From an uncultured Eubacteriales bacterium (GTDB taxonomy: Bacteria > Bacillota > Clostridia > Oscillospirales > CAG-272): a DNA stretch of 64,000 nucleotides. Shown piece after piece: positions 1 to 7,824 of the stretch. The DNA lies in the NCBI GenBank assembly GCA_934525675.1, contig CAKSZH010000004.1:91905-155904 (forward strand). The letters are read 5' to 3'. The notes beneath the pieces are model-generated. The model saw nothing but the letters and a program-made list of their open reading frames with translations. It was not told the origin of the DNA and made no database searches. The translations under genes were made by a program, and so were the position numbers. Within the stretch, counting starts at the first letter, position 1. Each line of letters starts with the position of its first letter.

Positions 1-419
1 TTCTGTCCGATGGCCGCGTTATGCTCACCATCCGAAACGGCTTGCCCGGCTTCCGGGGGTACGCATACAGCGACGACGGCATTCATTTCTCCATGCCGAC
101 ACTGGACGAAAATGTCAAGGACCCCTGCAATTTCGGTGCGGTCGCTTCCTTGGAAACCCCGGACGGCAAACACGTCCTGCTCCTCGTCAACAGCGATTGG
201 AACGAAAACGATGACCGCATTCATATGACGCTCCGCGCGTCGTTCGACGACGGAAAGACCTGGAGCGTCAAACGCGAATTCGACGCGGATAACGGAGGCT
301 ATCCCGATATTGCCGTCGGCGCGGACGGAACCATCTTCATTCTGTACGAGCACGCATACGGCGAGAAAATGTTTCTCGTCCGTACCGATCTCTCATGGCT
401 TATGGAAGGGAACCGATAA
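1..419 (+). CDS. exo-alpha-sialidase (GH33), C-terminal fragment; the 5' end lies left of the window
   Basis: Frame is open from the window edge to TAA 417-419. Translation carries Asp-box/BNR motifs (YSDDGIHF, SFDDGKTW) and a sialidase-like terminal propeller blade. Confidence 0.75.
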   Translation, partial: LSDGRVMLTIRNGLPGFRGYAYSDDGIHFSMPTLDENVKDPCNFGAVASLETPDGKHVLLLVNSDWNENDDRIHMTLRASFDDGKTWSVKREFDADNGGYPDIAVGADGTIFILYEHAYGEKMFLVRTDLSWLMEGNR

Positions 420-420
420 A

Positions 421-1242
421 ATGAAGTTTTTCAGGATTCCGCTCCGCCCGGATGACGAAACCGTTTATCTGGACGCTTATCTCCCCGACCTTTCCGAGCC
501 TTGCCGCGATGCCATGCTTGTCATCCCCGGCGGCGGATATGAATTCGTGTGCGCCGACCGTGAGGGCGAACCCATTGCGCTTTCGTATCTTTCCCGCGGC
601 TTTGCTTCGTTTGTCCTGCATTATTCAGTCGGCGCCAAGGCAAAGTACCCAAGACCCCTCGCGGACGCTTCGCTCGCCATGTGCCACATCCGGCGGCACA
701 GGGAGGAATATCATCTCTCCGACCGCGTGTTTGCCGCCGGCTTTTCCGCAGGCGGACACCTCGCAGGTGCGCTCGGAACGCTCTGGCATCTGCCGGAACT
801 GCTTTCGGATATTCCCGACATGAAGCCGGGAGAAAACCGCCCCGACGGAATGATACTTTGTTATCCCGTGATCACGGGCGGGGAATTCTCGCATCCCGGT
901 TCCTTCCGGATGATGCTCGGAAAAGAGCATCCGAAAGAGGAGGAGCTTGCCCGGTATTCGCTGGAAAAACACGTGGACGGAAGGACCGCTCCCGCGTTTC
1001 TCATGCATACCGCAAATGACGAATGTGTCCCGGTGGAGAACACGCTTCTGATGGCATCGGCGCTCTCATGCGCGGGGGTGCCGTTTGAGGTGCACGTGTA
1101 TCCCACGGCACCCCACGGTTGCGCGCTTGCCTGCGAAATGACTTCGGGCGGGTGGGACGCATGGAACGACCCGGAGCTTGCCAAATGGCTGGAGCAGTCG
1201 GTCGCGTGGACAAAACGCCGCTTCGGTTGCGCGGCGGAATAA
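421..1242 (+). CDS. alpha/beta-hydrolase fold esterase (Aes/BD-FAE-like; possibly a glycan or sialate O-acetylesterase)
   Basis: ATG 421 sits directly after the sialidase stop. Motifs: VIPGGGY oxyanion motif, GFSAGGH nucleophile elbow, C-terminal HG. The ORF-track start at 310 overlaps the upstream gene and was trimmed. Confidence 0.8.
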   Translation: MKFFRIPLRPDDETVYLDAYLPDLSEPCRDAMLVIPGGGYEFVCADREGEPIALSYLSRGFASFVLHYSVGAKAKYPRPLADASLAMCHIRRHREEYHLSDRVFAAGFSAGGHLAGALGTLWHLPELLSDIPDMKPGENRPDGMILCYPVITGGEFSHPGSFRMMLGKEHPKEEELARYSLEKHVDGRTAPAFLMHTANDECVPVENTLLMASALSCAGVPFEVHVYPTAPHGCALACEMTSGGWDAWNDPELAKWLEQSVAWTKRRFGCAAE

Positions 1243-1274
1243 ACGGCTCCCGGCAGCCGGAAATGCCGGGATAT

Positions 1275-1359
1275 GCGGGTATGGCGGAATTGGCAGACGC
1301 GCAAGATTTAGGATCTTGTGTCCCACGACGTGCAGGTTCAAGCCCTGTTACCCGTACCA
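1275..1359 (+). tRNA. tRNA-Leu (anticodon UAG)
   Basis: Hand-folded cloverleaf: acceptor GCGGGTA/TACCCGT, anticodon stem CAAGA/TCTTG with loop TTTAGGA, long variable arm, GGTTCAAGCCC T-arm, encoded CCA. Confidence 0.92.
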
Positions 1360-1361
1360 AA

Positions 1362-1399
1362 AGCAAGGCAGTCCCCCAAAAGGGGACTGCCTTGCTTTT
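1362..1399 (+). terminator. intrinsic terminator after tRNA-Leu
   Basis: Perfect 15-bp stem AGCAAGGCAGTCCCC/GGGGACTGCCTTGCT, 5-nt loop, TTTT tail. Confidence 0.85.
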
Positions 1400-1457
1400 G
1401 GTACTGTTTTCCCGGTGCAGAACCTCTCCCCCGCCGCACAGCGGCGGGGGAAATGTT

Positions 1458-2447
1458 TTACATCATATCATTTCCCACCGGTGTGAGGAACAGCTCGCGG
1501 AATTGTGCCGCCGTCTCCGTGCGGGGAAGCGCCCACATGACCTTTGCCACGACCGCTTCGGTTGTCATGTCGTATGCCTCCGGCAATTCGTATTTTTCCT
1601 TAATCCGGAGTCCGACCTGATACACCGTCATGTCGCTGCCCTCGTGCGGCACCTGTGTGGTGATGACCACCCTCACGCCGTGCCGGATGAGCAGCTCGAT
1701 TTTGTCGGCAAAGTCCGCCGTGTCGTAGTAGGGGATCCCGCCGACTCCGAAACTCTCAATGATGACCGCGTGCGTGTGCTCTGCAAGATAGTCGAATATG
1801 CCCGCGTCCATGCCGGGGATCAGCTTGATTACCGTAACAGATGAATCAATTTTGTCAAAAAACTCCGGGGTTCCCGTGACCGCCTCGTGAATATAGTACC
1901 GTACCCGATCGCCGCGGAGAAAGCCGATCTCGGGGTAATCGATGCTCGAGAATGCGTTGAAGCTCTTGGTGTGGGTCTTGCGGGCACGGGTCGCGGCAAT
2001 GATTTTGCCGTCAAACACGATGTGAACGCCGCACGCGCCGTCGTCCGTGGCATAACGGAATGCGTCGACAAGATTTTCTCTTGCATCGGTATCGCGCATA
2101 TTGATCGGAATCTGCGCTCCCGTCAGAACAACGGGTTTTCTGTTGTTTTGAATGAGGTAGTAGAGAAGTGCCGCGGCATATGCCATGGTGTCTGTTCCGT
2201 GGGTGATGACGAACCCGTCATAGCGGTCGTATTCCTCCCGGATGCGCCGGGCGATCAGAAGCCAGTTTTCCGGACGCATATTGGTGCTGTCCAGCCGGAA
2301 CATGGCTGCTGACGAGACGCGGCAGATCTCCCCGATCTCCGGAACGTATTCCAGCAACTCGTCTGAAGAAAGCTCGGGACAAAGTCCCTTGTCGGTCCGG
2401 GCGGAGGCAATGGTGCCGCCCGTCGTGATGAGCAGAATGTGTTTCAT
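1458..2447 (-). CDS. ansA: L-asparaginase, type I
   Basis: N-terminus MKHILLITTGGTIA carries the TGGTIA catalytic motif, with HGTDTM further in. Start moved to ATG 2447, inside ORF 1458..2483. Confidence 0.9.
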   Translation of the reverse strand: MKHILLITTGGTIASARTDKGLCPELSSDELLEYVPEIGEICRVSSAAMFRLDSTNMRPENWLLIARRIREEYDRYDGFVITHGTDTMAYAAALLYYLIQNNRKPVVLTGAQIPINMRDTDARENLVDAFRYATDDGACGVHIVFDGKIIAATRARKTHTKSFNAFSSIDYPEIGFLRGDRVRYYIHEAVTGTPEFFDKIDSSVTVIKLIPGMDAGIFDYLAEHTHAVIIESFGVGGIPYYDTADFADKIELLIRHGVRVVITTQVPHEGSDMTVYQVGLRIKEKYELPEAYDMTTEAVVAKVMWALPRTETAAQFRELFLTPVGNDMM

Positions 2448-2616
2448 GGTTTCCGTGTACCTCCCGCGGCAGTCCGCATACACTTTCTGTGCGGTGCTTT
2501 CCGTATTCTACGTTAGTGTAACACATTTTTGCGCGAAATACAACTGTTAAACGTTTTTCGGGGTGTATTTTGGGATGATTGGATAAAAATTTGCAAAAAA
2601 AGTAAAGAATTTTTCC

Positions 2617-2645
2617 TTTCAGTCCGACAAAAAGTGTGATATAAT
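2617..2645 (+). promoter_or_regulatory. candidate sigma-A promoter for galT (extended -10)
   Basis: TTTCAG, 17-nt spacer, then TGaTATAAT at 2637-2645, about 55 nt upstream of the galT start. Confidence 0.45.
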
Positions 2646-2698
2646 AGTACCGTATCAGATGCGGCTTTGCCGTATTGCAACTTTTGGGGGAGGACAGT

Positions 2699-4192
2699 AT
2701 GTCAAACATTTGCGGAACCATCAAAAAACTGGCGGATTATGCCGTCTCTCGCGGACTTGCGGAACAATCCGACCGCGACTATCTCATCAACGGCATTCTT
2801 GCCGCCCTCCGGTTGGGCGAGCTGACGGACGACGTCCGTGACGACGACCTTGATCTGGAAACCATGCTCGGCGACCTGTGTACATATGCCTATGAGGCGG
2901 GACTGATTGAATCCGACAGTGTGGCATACCGCGATCTGTTCGACACCTCTCTGATGGGGATTCTGACTCCCCGTCCGAGCGAGGTCATCGCGCGCTTTAC
3001 GGCTCTTTACAAGGAGTCTCCCGAGGCGGCGACCGATTATTTCTACAAGCTGTGCCGCGACTGCGATTATATCCGTACTTATCGCGTGAAGAAGGACCTC
3101 AAGTGGGTCTATGAAAGCGATTTCGGTCCGATCGATATTACCGTGAACCTGTCCAAGCCCGAAAAGGATCCCAAGGCGATCGCCGCCGCGAAATCCATGC
3201 CGCAGAGCGGGTACCCCAAGTGCCTTCTGTGCCACGAGAATGTCGGATATGCCGGTAACCCCGGACGTCCCGCACGTCAGAATCTCCGCCAGATTCCTCT
3301 GACCCTGGACGGCGAGGCGTGGTATCTGCAATATTCCCCGTATGTCTATTACAACGAGCACTGCATTGTCCTCTGCGGCGAGCATGTGCCCATGCGGATC
3401 ACCCGTTCCACCTTTGAAAACCAGCTTTCCTTCGTGGAGCAGTTCCCGCATTATTTTCTCGGCTCCAACGCCGATCTGCCCATCGTCGGCGGGTCGATCC
3501 TGACCCACGACCATATGCAGGGCGGACGCTACACCTTTGCCATGACCAAGGCACCGATTGAGAAGAGCATCACCTTCCGTGGCTTTGAGGACGTGGAGGC
3601 GGGGATCGTGCATTGGCCGCTTTCCACCATCCGCCTGCGCAGCGAGAAGAAGGAGCGCCTTGTGGAGCTTGCCGACAGGATTCTTGCGGCTTGGAGAGGG
3701 TATACCGATGAGAGCGCGTTTGTTTTTGCCGAGACGAACGGCGAGCCGCACAACACCATCACGCCCATCGCGCGTTATCAGAACGGAAAGCTGGAGCTTG
3801 ATCTGGTGCTCCGCAACAATATCACGACCGAGGAGTACCCCCTCGGCGTGTATCATCCGCATCCCGATAAGCACAATATCAAGAAAGAGAACATCGGACT
3901 GATTGAGGTCATGGGACTTGCCGTGCTTCCCTCCAGACTCAAGAAAGAGATCGGAATCATGAAGGAGTATATTCTCGCAGGCAAGGATTTCTCCGGAAAC
4001 GCGGACATCGCCAAGCACAAAGTGTGGTTTGAAGCGTTCCGCGACAAGTATCGGTTTACCGCGGACAACACGGAAGAGATTCTCAGACAGGAGATCGGCA
4101 AAACCTTTGCCGCCGTGCTGGAAGACGCGGGCGTGTACAAGTGCACCGAAGAGGGAAGAGCGGCGTTTATGCGCTTTGTCGCTTCGGTTTGA
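2699..4192 (+). CDS. galT: UDP-glucose--hexose-1-phosphate uridylyltransferase (type 2 GalT)
   Basis: About 500-aa Gram-positive type GalT. GGAGG RBS lies before ATG 2699 (MSNICGTIKKL). Motifs: CLLCHENVGYAG, SILTHDHMQGG. Confidence 0.9.
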   Translation: MSNICGTIKKLADYAVSRGLAEQSDRDYLINGILAALRLGELTDDVRDDDLDLETMLGDLCTYAYEAGLIESDSVAYRDLFDTSLMGILTPRPSEVIARFTALYKESPEAATDYFYKLCRDCDYIRTYRVKKDLKWVYESDFGPIDITVNLSKPEKDPKAIAAAKSMPQSGYPKCLLCHENVGYAGNPGRPARQNLRQIPLTLDGEAWYLQYSPYVYYNEHCIVLCGEHVPMRITRSTFENQLSFVEQFPHYFLGSNADLPIVGGSILTHDHMQGGRYTFAMTKAPIEKSITFRGFEDVEAGIVHWPLSTIRLRSEKKERLVELADRILAAWRGYTDESAFVFAETNGEPHNTITPIARYQNGKLELDLVLRNNITTEEYPLGVYHPHPDKHNIKKENIGLIEVMGLAVLPSRLKKEIGIMKEYILAGKDFSGNADIAKHKVWFEAFRDKYRFTADNTEEILRQEIGKTFAAVLEDAGVYKCTEEGRAAFMRFVASV

Positions 4193-4351
4193 ATCCCCGT
4201 AAAGTGATTCTTGCGCCGCCGGTGTAGCGGCAGTTCAGTCAAACGTTTTGTGCCGCCTGCATGGCGGCAGACCTGACAAACGGCGACGGTCCGGCAGTTC
4301 ATTTTGTCCGAGCGGTTGCCGTTTTGATATTTGAATGATAAGGAACCGACT

Positions 4352-4903
4352 ATGCTTCAAGAACAGCACACTGACAAAAACAATCTCATCCTCGTCGGAA
4401 TGCCCGGCGCGGGAAAATCAACGATCGGACGCGCGCTTGCAGAGCGGCTGGGGCTTTCCTTCTGCGACACGGACGACCTGCTCCGCGCTGCGACCGGCAT
4501 GACGCTGATCGAAATCCTCGATACATACGGCGTGGACGGCTTTATTGAACGCGAGAACCGACTCTGCGCGTCGCTTGATCTTCACGATACCGTGATTGCG
4601 ACGGGCGGAAGCGTGGTTTACGGTGCGGAAGCGATGGCGCACCTCGGCAAAATCGGGCGGGTGATCTATCTCTCCGTGTCCGAGGAGATCAACCTGTCCC
4701 ATCTGTCGGACCTGCCGACCCGCGGCGTGGTCATGCGAGCGGGGCAGACGTTTGCAGATCTTTACCGGGAACGCACGCCGCTTTATGAAAAGTACGCCGA
4801 CCTGATTGTGGATTGCGACGGTTTTACGCCGGAGGACGGTGGGGCGTCGGTGTGCGCCATTGTCGGAACGATCGAAAAGGAGTTGTCGGGCGCGCGCGTC
4901 TGA
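4352..4903 (+). CDS. aroK: shikimate kinase
   Basis: P-loop LILVGMPGAGKSTIGRALA and shikimate kinase architecture. ATG 4352 is preferred over the in-frame TTG 4331 used by the ORF track. Confidence 0.85.
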   Translation: MLQEQHTDKNNLILVGMPGAGKSTIGRALAERLGLSFCDTDDLLRAATGMTLIEILDTYGVDGFIERENRLCASLDLHDTVIATGGSVVYGAEAMAHLGKIGRVIYLSVSEEINLSHLSDLPTRGVVMRAGQTFADLYRERTPLYEKYADLIVDCDGFTPEDGGASVCAIVGTIEKELSGARV

Positions 4904-4915
4904 CGGCGGTGAGCG

Positions 4916-5121
4916 ACGGGAATCGGGGGATCCGGTAACGGAAAATCCACGGCAACAGAAGCTTACCACGGTGACGGGAAATCCCACGATAGCAGACAAT
5001 CGCTACGTTGACGGGAAATCTTACAGCAACAGGGAATCGCCGCGGCTACGAAGAATCTCACGGTATCAGACAATCATCACGGCTACGGGAAAACGCACGA
5101 TAGCAGAGGATCGCCGCGGCA
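4916..5121 (+). repeat. tandem array of five 36-37-nt units plus one truncated unit, non-coding
   Basis: Units at 4938-4973, 4974-5010, 5011-5047, 5048-5084 and 5085-5121. Consensus ACGGGAAATCNCACGRTAGCAGACAATCGCCGCGGCT. The units are contiguous, with no spacers. Confidence 0.85.
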
Positions 5122-5311
5122 AGTGGAAGTCCCCCGGCGGCAGGCAAACGTTATGCAAAGGGGAGCCCCGGCGGCGGGACATCGCGTGGCATTGCCCGGT
5201 GAGCGGGGGAGCATTTGCTCCCGCGTACACGCCCGTCTGATCCGGATTTACGGCCGCGAGCGGTTTTCTGAAGTTCCCGCAGCCACGGCAGTTTCCCGGC
5301 AAAAAGTGCAG

Positions 5312-5340
5312 AAAACCACCCACCTGACGGGTGGTTTTTT
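5312..5340 (+). terminator. intrinsic terminator closing the aroK tail
   Basis: AAAACCACCC / 7-nt loop / GGGTGGTTTTTT. Confidence 0.8.
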
Positions 5341-5400
5341 GATCTGCGGAAACGCCTTTGCCGGTTTCCGCGCAAAAGTCCGTCTTACCCGGACGGAAAA

Positions 5401-5436
5401 GGGGCACAGGGGATCCGTCCGGATCCCCTGTGCCCC
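5401..5436 (-). terminator. hairpin terminator downstream of the YhgE/Pip-like gene
   Basis: 17-nt perfect inverted repeat GGGGCACAGGGGATCCG/CGGATCCCCTGTGCCCC. A TTTT tail follows on the minus strand. Confidence 0.7.
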
Positions 5437-5454
5437 TCGTTGATGGACGGGAGT

Positions 5455-7551
5455 TTATTTCACCGCGTCGGTGCGGTAAATGAATTTGACCTTTCCGTCC
5501 ATGCCGTCCGCGATTCCCGAGAAGGACTTGTAATCACGGGACACATCGATGGTCGCACGCAGGCGCGTCACCGTTACGGAAAGACCGCCTTCCAGCGCCT
5601 CCGTGAGCTTGCTGATGCCTTCTTCATACAGTGTCGCAAGACCGTCGCGGAGCTGCATGGAGCCGTCGCGGAGCTGTTCCACGCCGGTGATGAGGGCGGG
5701 CGCGCCGTCCTTCATGGTCAGGATACCGTCAAGCAGTTCCTGCATTCCGGCATCCAGCGCGAGACTTCCGTCCTTCAGCTGTTCCGCACCGGTGGCGGCG
5801 TCCTTGACACCGTTTGTATAATCCTTCAATCCGGTGTAGAACTCATTGTAGCTGTCCAGCCCGGCAACCAGGGTATTGAGGCTTTCAAGACCGGGAGCCG
5901 CTTTTTTGATTGCTTCCTCAATCTGCGCCTTGACGCTGTCGGATTCCATGTTTTCTTCAATCAGGAGCGCAATCTGTTCTTCGGTCTTTTCTGCAATGAG
6001 AGCGGAGGTTTCTTCTTTCTCCATCACTGCCGTGACGTTCGCGCTGATGAGCGCCTGCACGTCGGCACTCTTCATCTGGTTGTCCACGGCGCTTCCCACA
6101 GCCGCCTGCCGGGCGGAAGTGATACTGCCGTCGGCAATCCCTGCGCGGTATGCTTCAGGGGTCAGCCCCATTGCGGCAAGTACTTTTTCCTCCACGCCTG
6201 CGCGGACGCTCGCCGTGACCTGTTCCGTGACCTGCGCCTGCACGGCGTTCTTCACGTTTGCCGCGATCAGGGAACGGTTGGCTTCCACCTGCGCGGTGAC
6301 GTTCTTTCTCGCCGTCTCGCGGATTCCCTCCTCCGAGAGAGAAGCAATGACGGCTTCCAGGGTGTCATGATAATTTTCAATGGTCAGAGTGGGGACGTCG
6401 GTCAGCCCGCCTGCCGCAAGCTGTGCGTTTGCCGTTGCAAGCAATGTATGGAAGACCGAAGCGGCGCCGCCGTTCAGACGGTCGTTGTTCGAGACGAGCG
6501 TTCCGAGTCCGTCGGAAAGTTGTCCCGCACCGGTGGCAAGATCGGCACTGCCGGCTTTGAGCTTTGCGGCACCCTCCGCCAGTTGATTGATACCCGCAAC
6601 CAGCTCATTGGATTTTTCCAGAAGCGTGCAGACGCCGTCGTACAGCGCGGAAGAACCGTCCACGAGTTTGGTCACACCATCCGTCAGTTCCGCCAGCTTT
6701 CCGGAAAGCTCGTCGAGATTGTCGAAGACGGAGGGATCCAGTTGGTTGAAGAGATCGTTGGTCGCAACGGTCACGGTACCCGCGAGTCTGAATTCCTTTG
6801 CGTCTGCGGCGATCTCCACATAGGAGGGAATCTCAAACCGATCGTCGGTGAGGGCAAGGTTGTCGGAAAGTCCGGGGAATGCCAGCCCGACGACGGCAAT
6901 GCGGTCGCCGTCATTGATGAGTTTGCCGTTGGTCACCGTCACGTTGGTGAATACGTCGTTGTCAAGGAGAACGCCGGTCAGCATGGCGAAGGGAACGTAG
7001 ATCTTCTGCTTCTCTCCGTCGATTTCGACGGTCTCATACTGGCGGTTTTCATACTCCACACGGATGGTCACTTTACCGCTCTTGCCGGCAATTTCCGCGG
7101 CGGAGAGTTCCTTGCCGTCAAGCAGGTAGGTGATCTTCATGCCGACGGGCAGTTCTTTGTCAAGATTACCGCGGTAGTAGATGTCCTTGCCGTCGGCGTC
7201 CCAGATCACGGCGCCGTCGGAGCCGGTGGTGTAGGATTCGTCGCCCTTGACATTTTCAGGATTCTGCAATTCACTCTTGTCGGCGAGGCTGCCTTCCTTC
7301 AGGGAGTTCTTCAGCCAGTCGCTGACGATCAGCTTTTTGATACTGCCGTCGGCGGACGCGATGACATAAACGGTCTCGTTCTTTTCGGGAACGGAGGCGT
7401 CCGTGTTGCCGATAGCGGGAGCATCCTCCCGGGGAGCAGAGTCGGACTCCCTGGTCTGACCGGTTACGGCAAACACCGTCGCCGTTGCGCCGCCGCAGAT
7501 GAGAACGGCGGAAAGAATGATGCAAAGGATTCTCAGTTTTTTCTGTTTCAT
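5455..7551 (-). CDS. membrane-anchored YhgE/Pip-like protein with LxxG heptad-repeat coiled coil
   Basis: N-terminal signal anchor (MKQKKLRILCIILSAVLICGG), a beta-rich domain, then long runs of L-x-x-G type heptads (LVDGSSALYDG, LAEGAAKLKAG, LKDGSLALDAG). GAGGAGG RBS. Confidence 0.75.
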   Translation of the reverse strand: MKQKKLRILCIILSAVLICGGATATVFAVTGQTRESDSAPREDAPAIGNTDASVPEKNETVYVIASADGSIKKLIVSDWLKNSLKEGSLADKSELQNPENVKGDESYTTGSDGAVIWDADGKDIYYRGNLDKELPVGMKITYLLDGKELSAAEIAGKSGKVTIRVEYENRQYETVEIDGEKQKIYVPFAMLTGVLLDNDVFTNVTVTNGKLINDGDRIAVVGLAFPGLSDNLALTDDRFEIPSYVEIAADAKEFRLAGTVTVATNDLFNQLDPSVFDNLDELSGKLAELTDGVTKLVDGSSALYDGVCTLLEKSNELVAGINQLAEGAAKLKAGSADLATGAGQLSDGLGTLVSNNDRLNGGAASVFHTLLATANAQLAAGGLTDVPTLTIENYHDTLEAVIASLSEEGIRETARKNVTAQVEANRSLIAANVKNAVQAQVTEQVTASVRAGVEEKVLAAMGLTPEAYRAGIADGSITSARQAAVGSAVDNQMKSADVQALISANVTAVMEKEETSALIAEKTEEQIALLIEENMESDSVKAQIEEAIKKAAPGLESLNTLVAGLDSYNEFYTGLKDYTNGVKDAATGAEQLKDGSLALDAGMQELLDGILTMKDGAPALITGVEQLRDGSMQLRDGLATLYEEGISKLTEALEGGLSVTVTRLRATIDVSRDYKSFSGIADGMDGKVKFIYRTDAVK

Positions 7552-7554
7552 GGT

Positions 7555-7785
7555 TTATTCCTCCTCATCCGACGCCCCGTCGGATTCCTTGGTTTCTTCC
7601 GCCCCGCAATCCGGGCAATCGCTGCCGGGTACCGGCTCTGCGACCCCGTCGGCGGATCCGGCTTCTGCAAGTGGGGCTTTCTTTGCGGCGGAACGGTGCA
7701 GTTTCGCGCACAGCATTCCGGCGATACCTCCCACGGCGCACACAGCGCCGGCGGCGATGAACAGTTTCTTATAACAGGATTTCAT
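7555..7785 (-). CDS. small single-TM protein with an acidic C-terminal tail
   Basis: Strong AAGGAGG RBS 8 nt upstream. Hydrophobic helix FIAAGAVCAVGGIAGMLCA. Its stop is 3 nt from the next start, suggesting operon coupling. Confidence 0.6.
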   Translation of the reverse strand: MKSCYKKLFIAAGAVCAVGGIAGMLCAKLHRSAAKKAPLAEAGSADGVAEPVPGSDCPDCGAEETKESDGASDEEE

Positions 7786-7824
7786 GATTCGGTTCCTCCT
7801 TGAATAACGGTTGTAATGGTTGCG

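Noticed and set aside
4228-4301. 10-nt direct repeat CGGCAGTTCA (4228-4237 and 4292-4301) upstream of aroK
   Set aside because: It is too short and isolated to separate from chance in GC-rich sequence. No associated structure or motif could be supported.
4806-5240. 144-aa ORF spanning the tandem repeats, and the possibility that 4916-5121 is a CRISPR array
   Set aside because: Most repeat units are 37 nt, not a multiple of 3, so the protein would not be periodic. There is no RBS and the composition is Arg-rich. The units are contiguous without unique spacers and no cas genes are present, so it is not a CRISPR array.
5440-7803. 787-aa plus-strand ORF
   Set aside because: It is antisense to the well-supported YhgE/Pip-like and microprotein genes. 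It has Arg/Gly/Val/His-rich composition, no RBS and no recognisable domain. This is the typical shadow ORF of GC-rich coding DNA.
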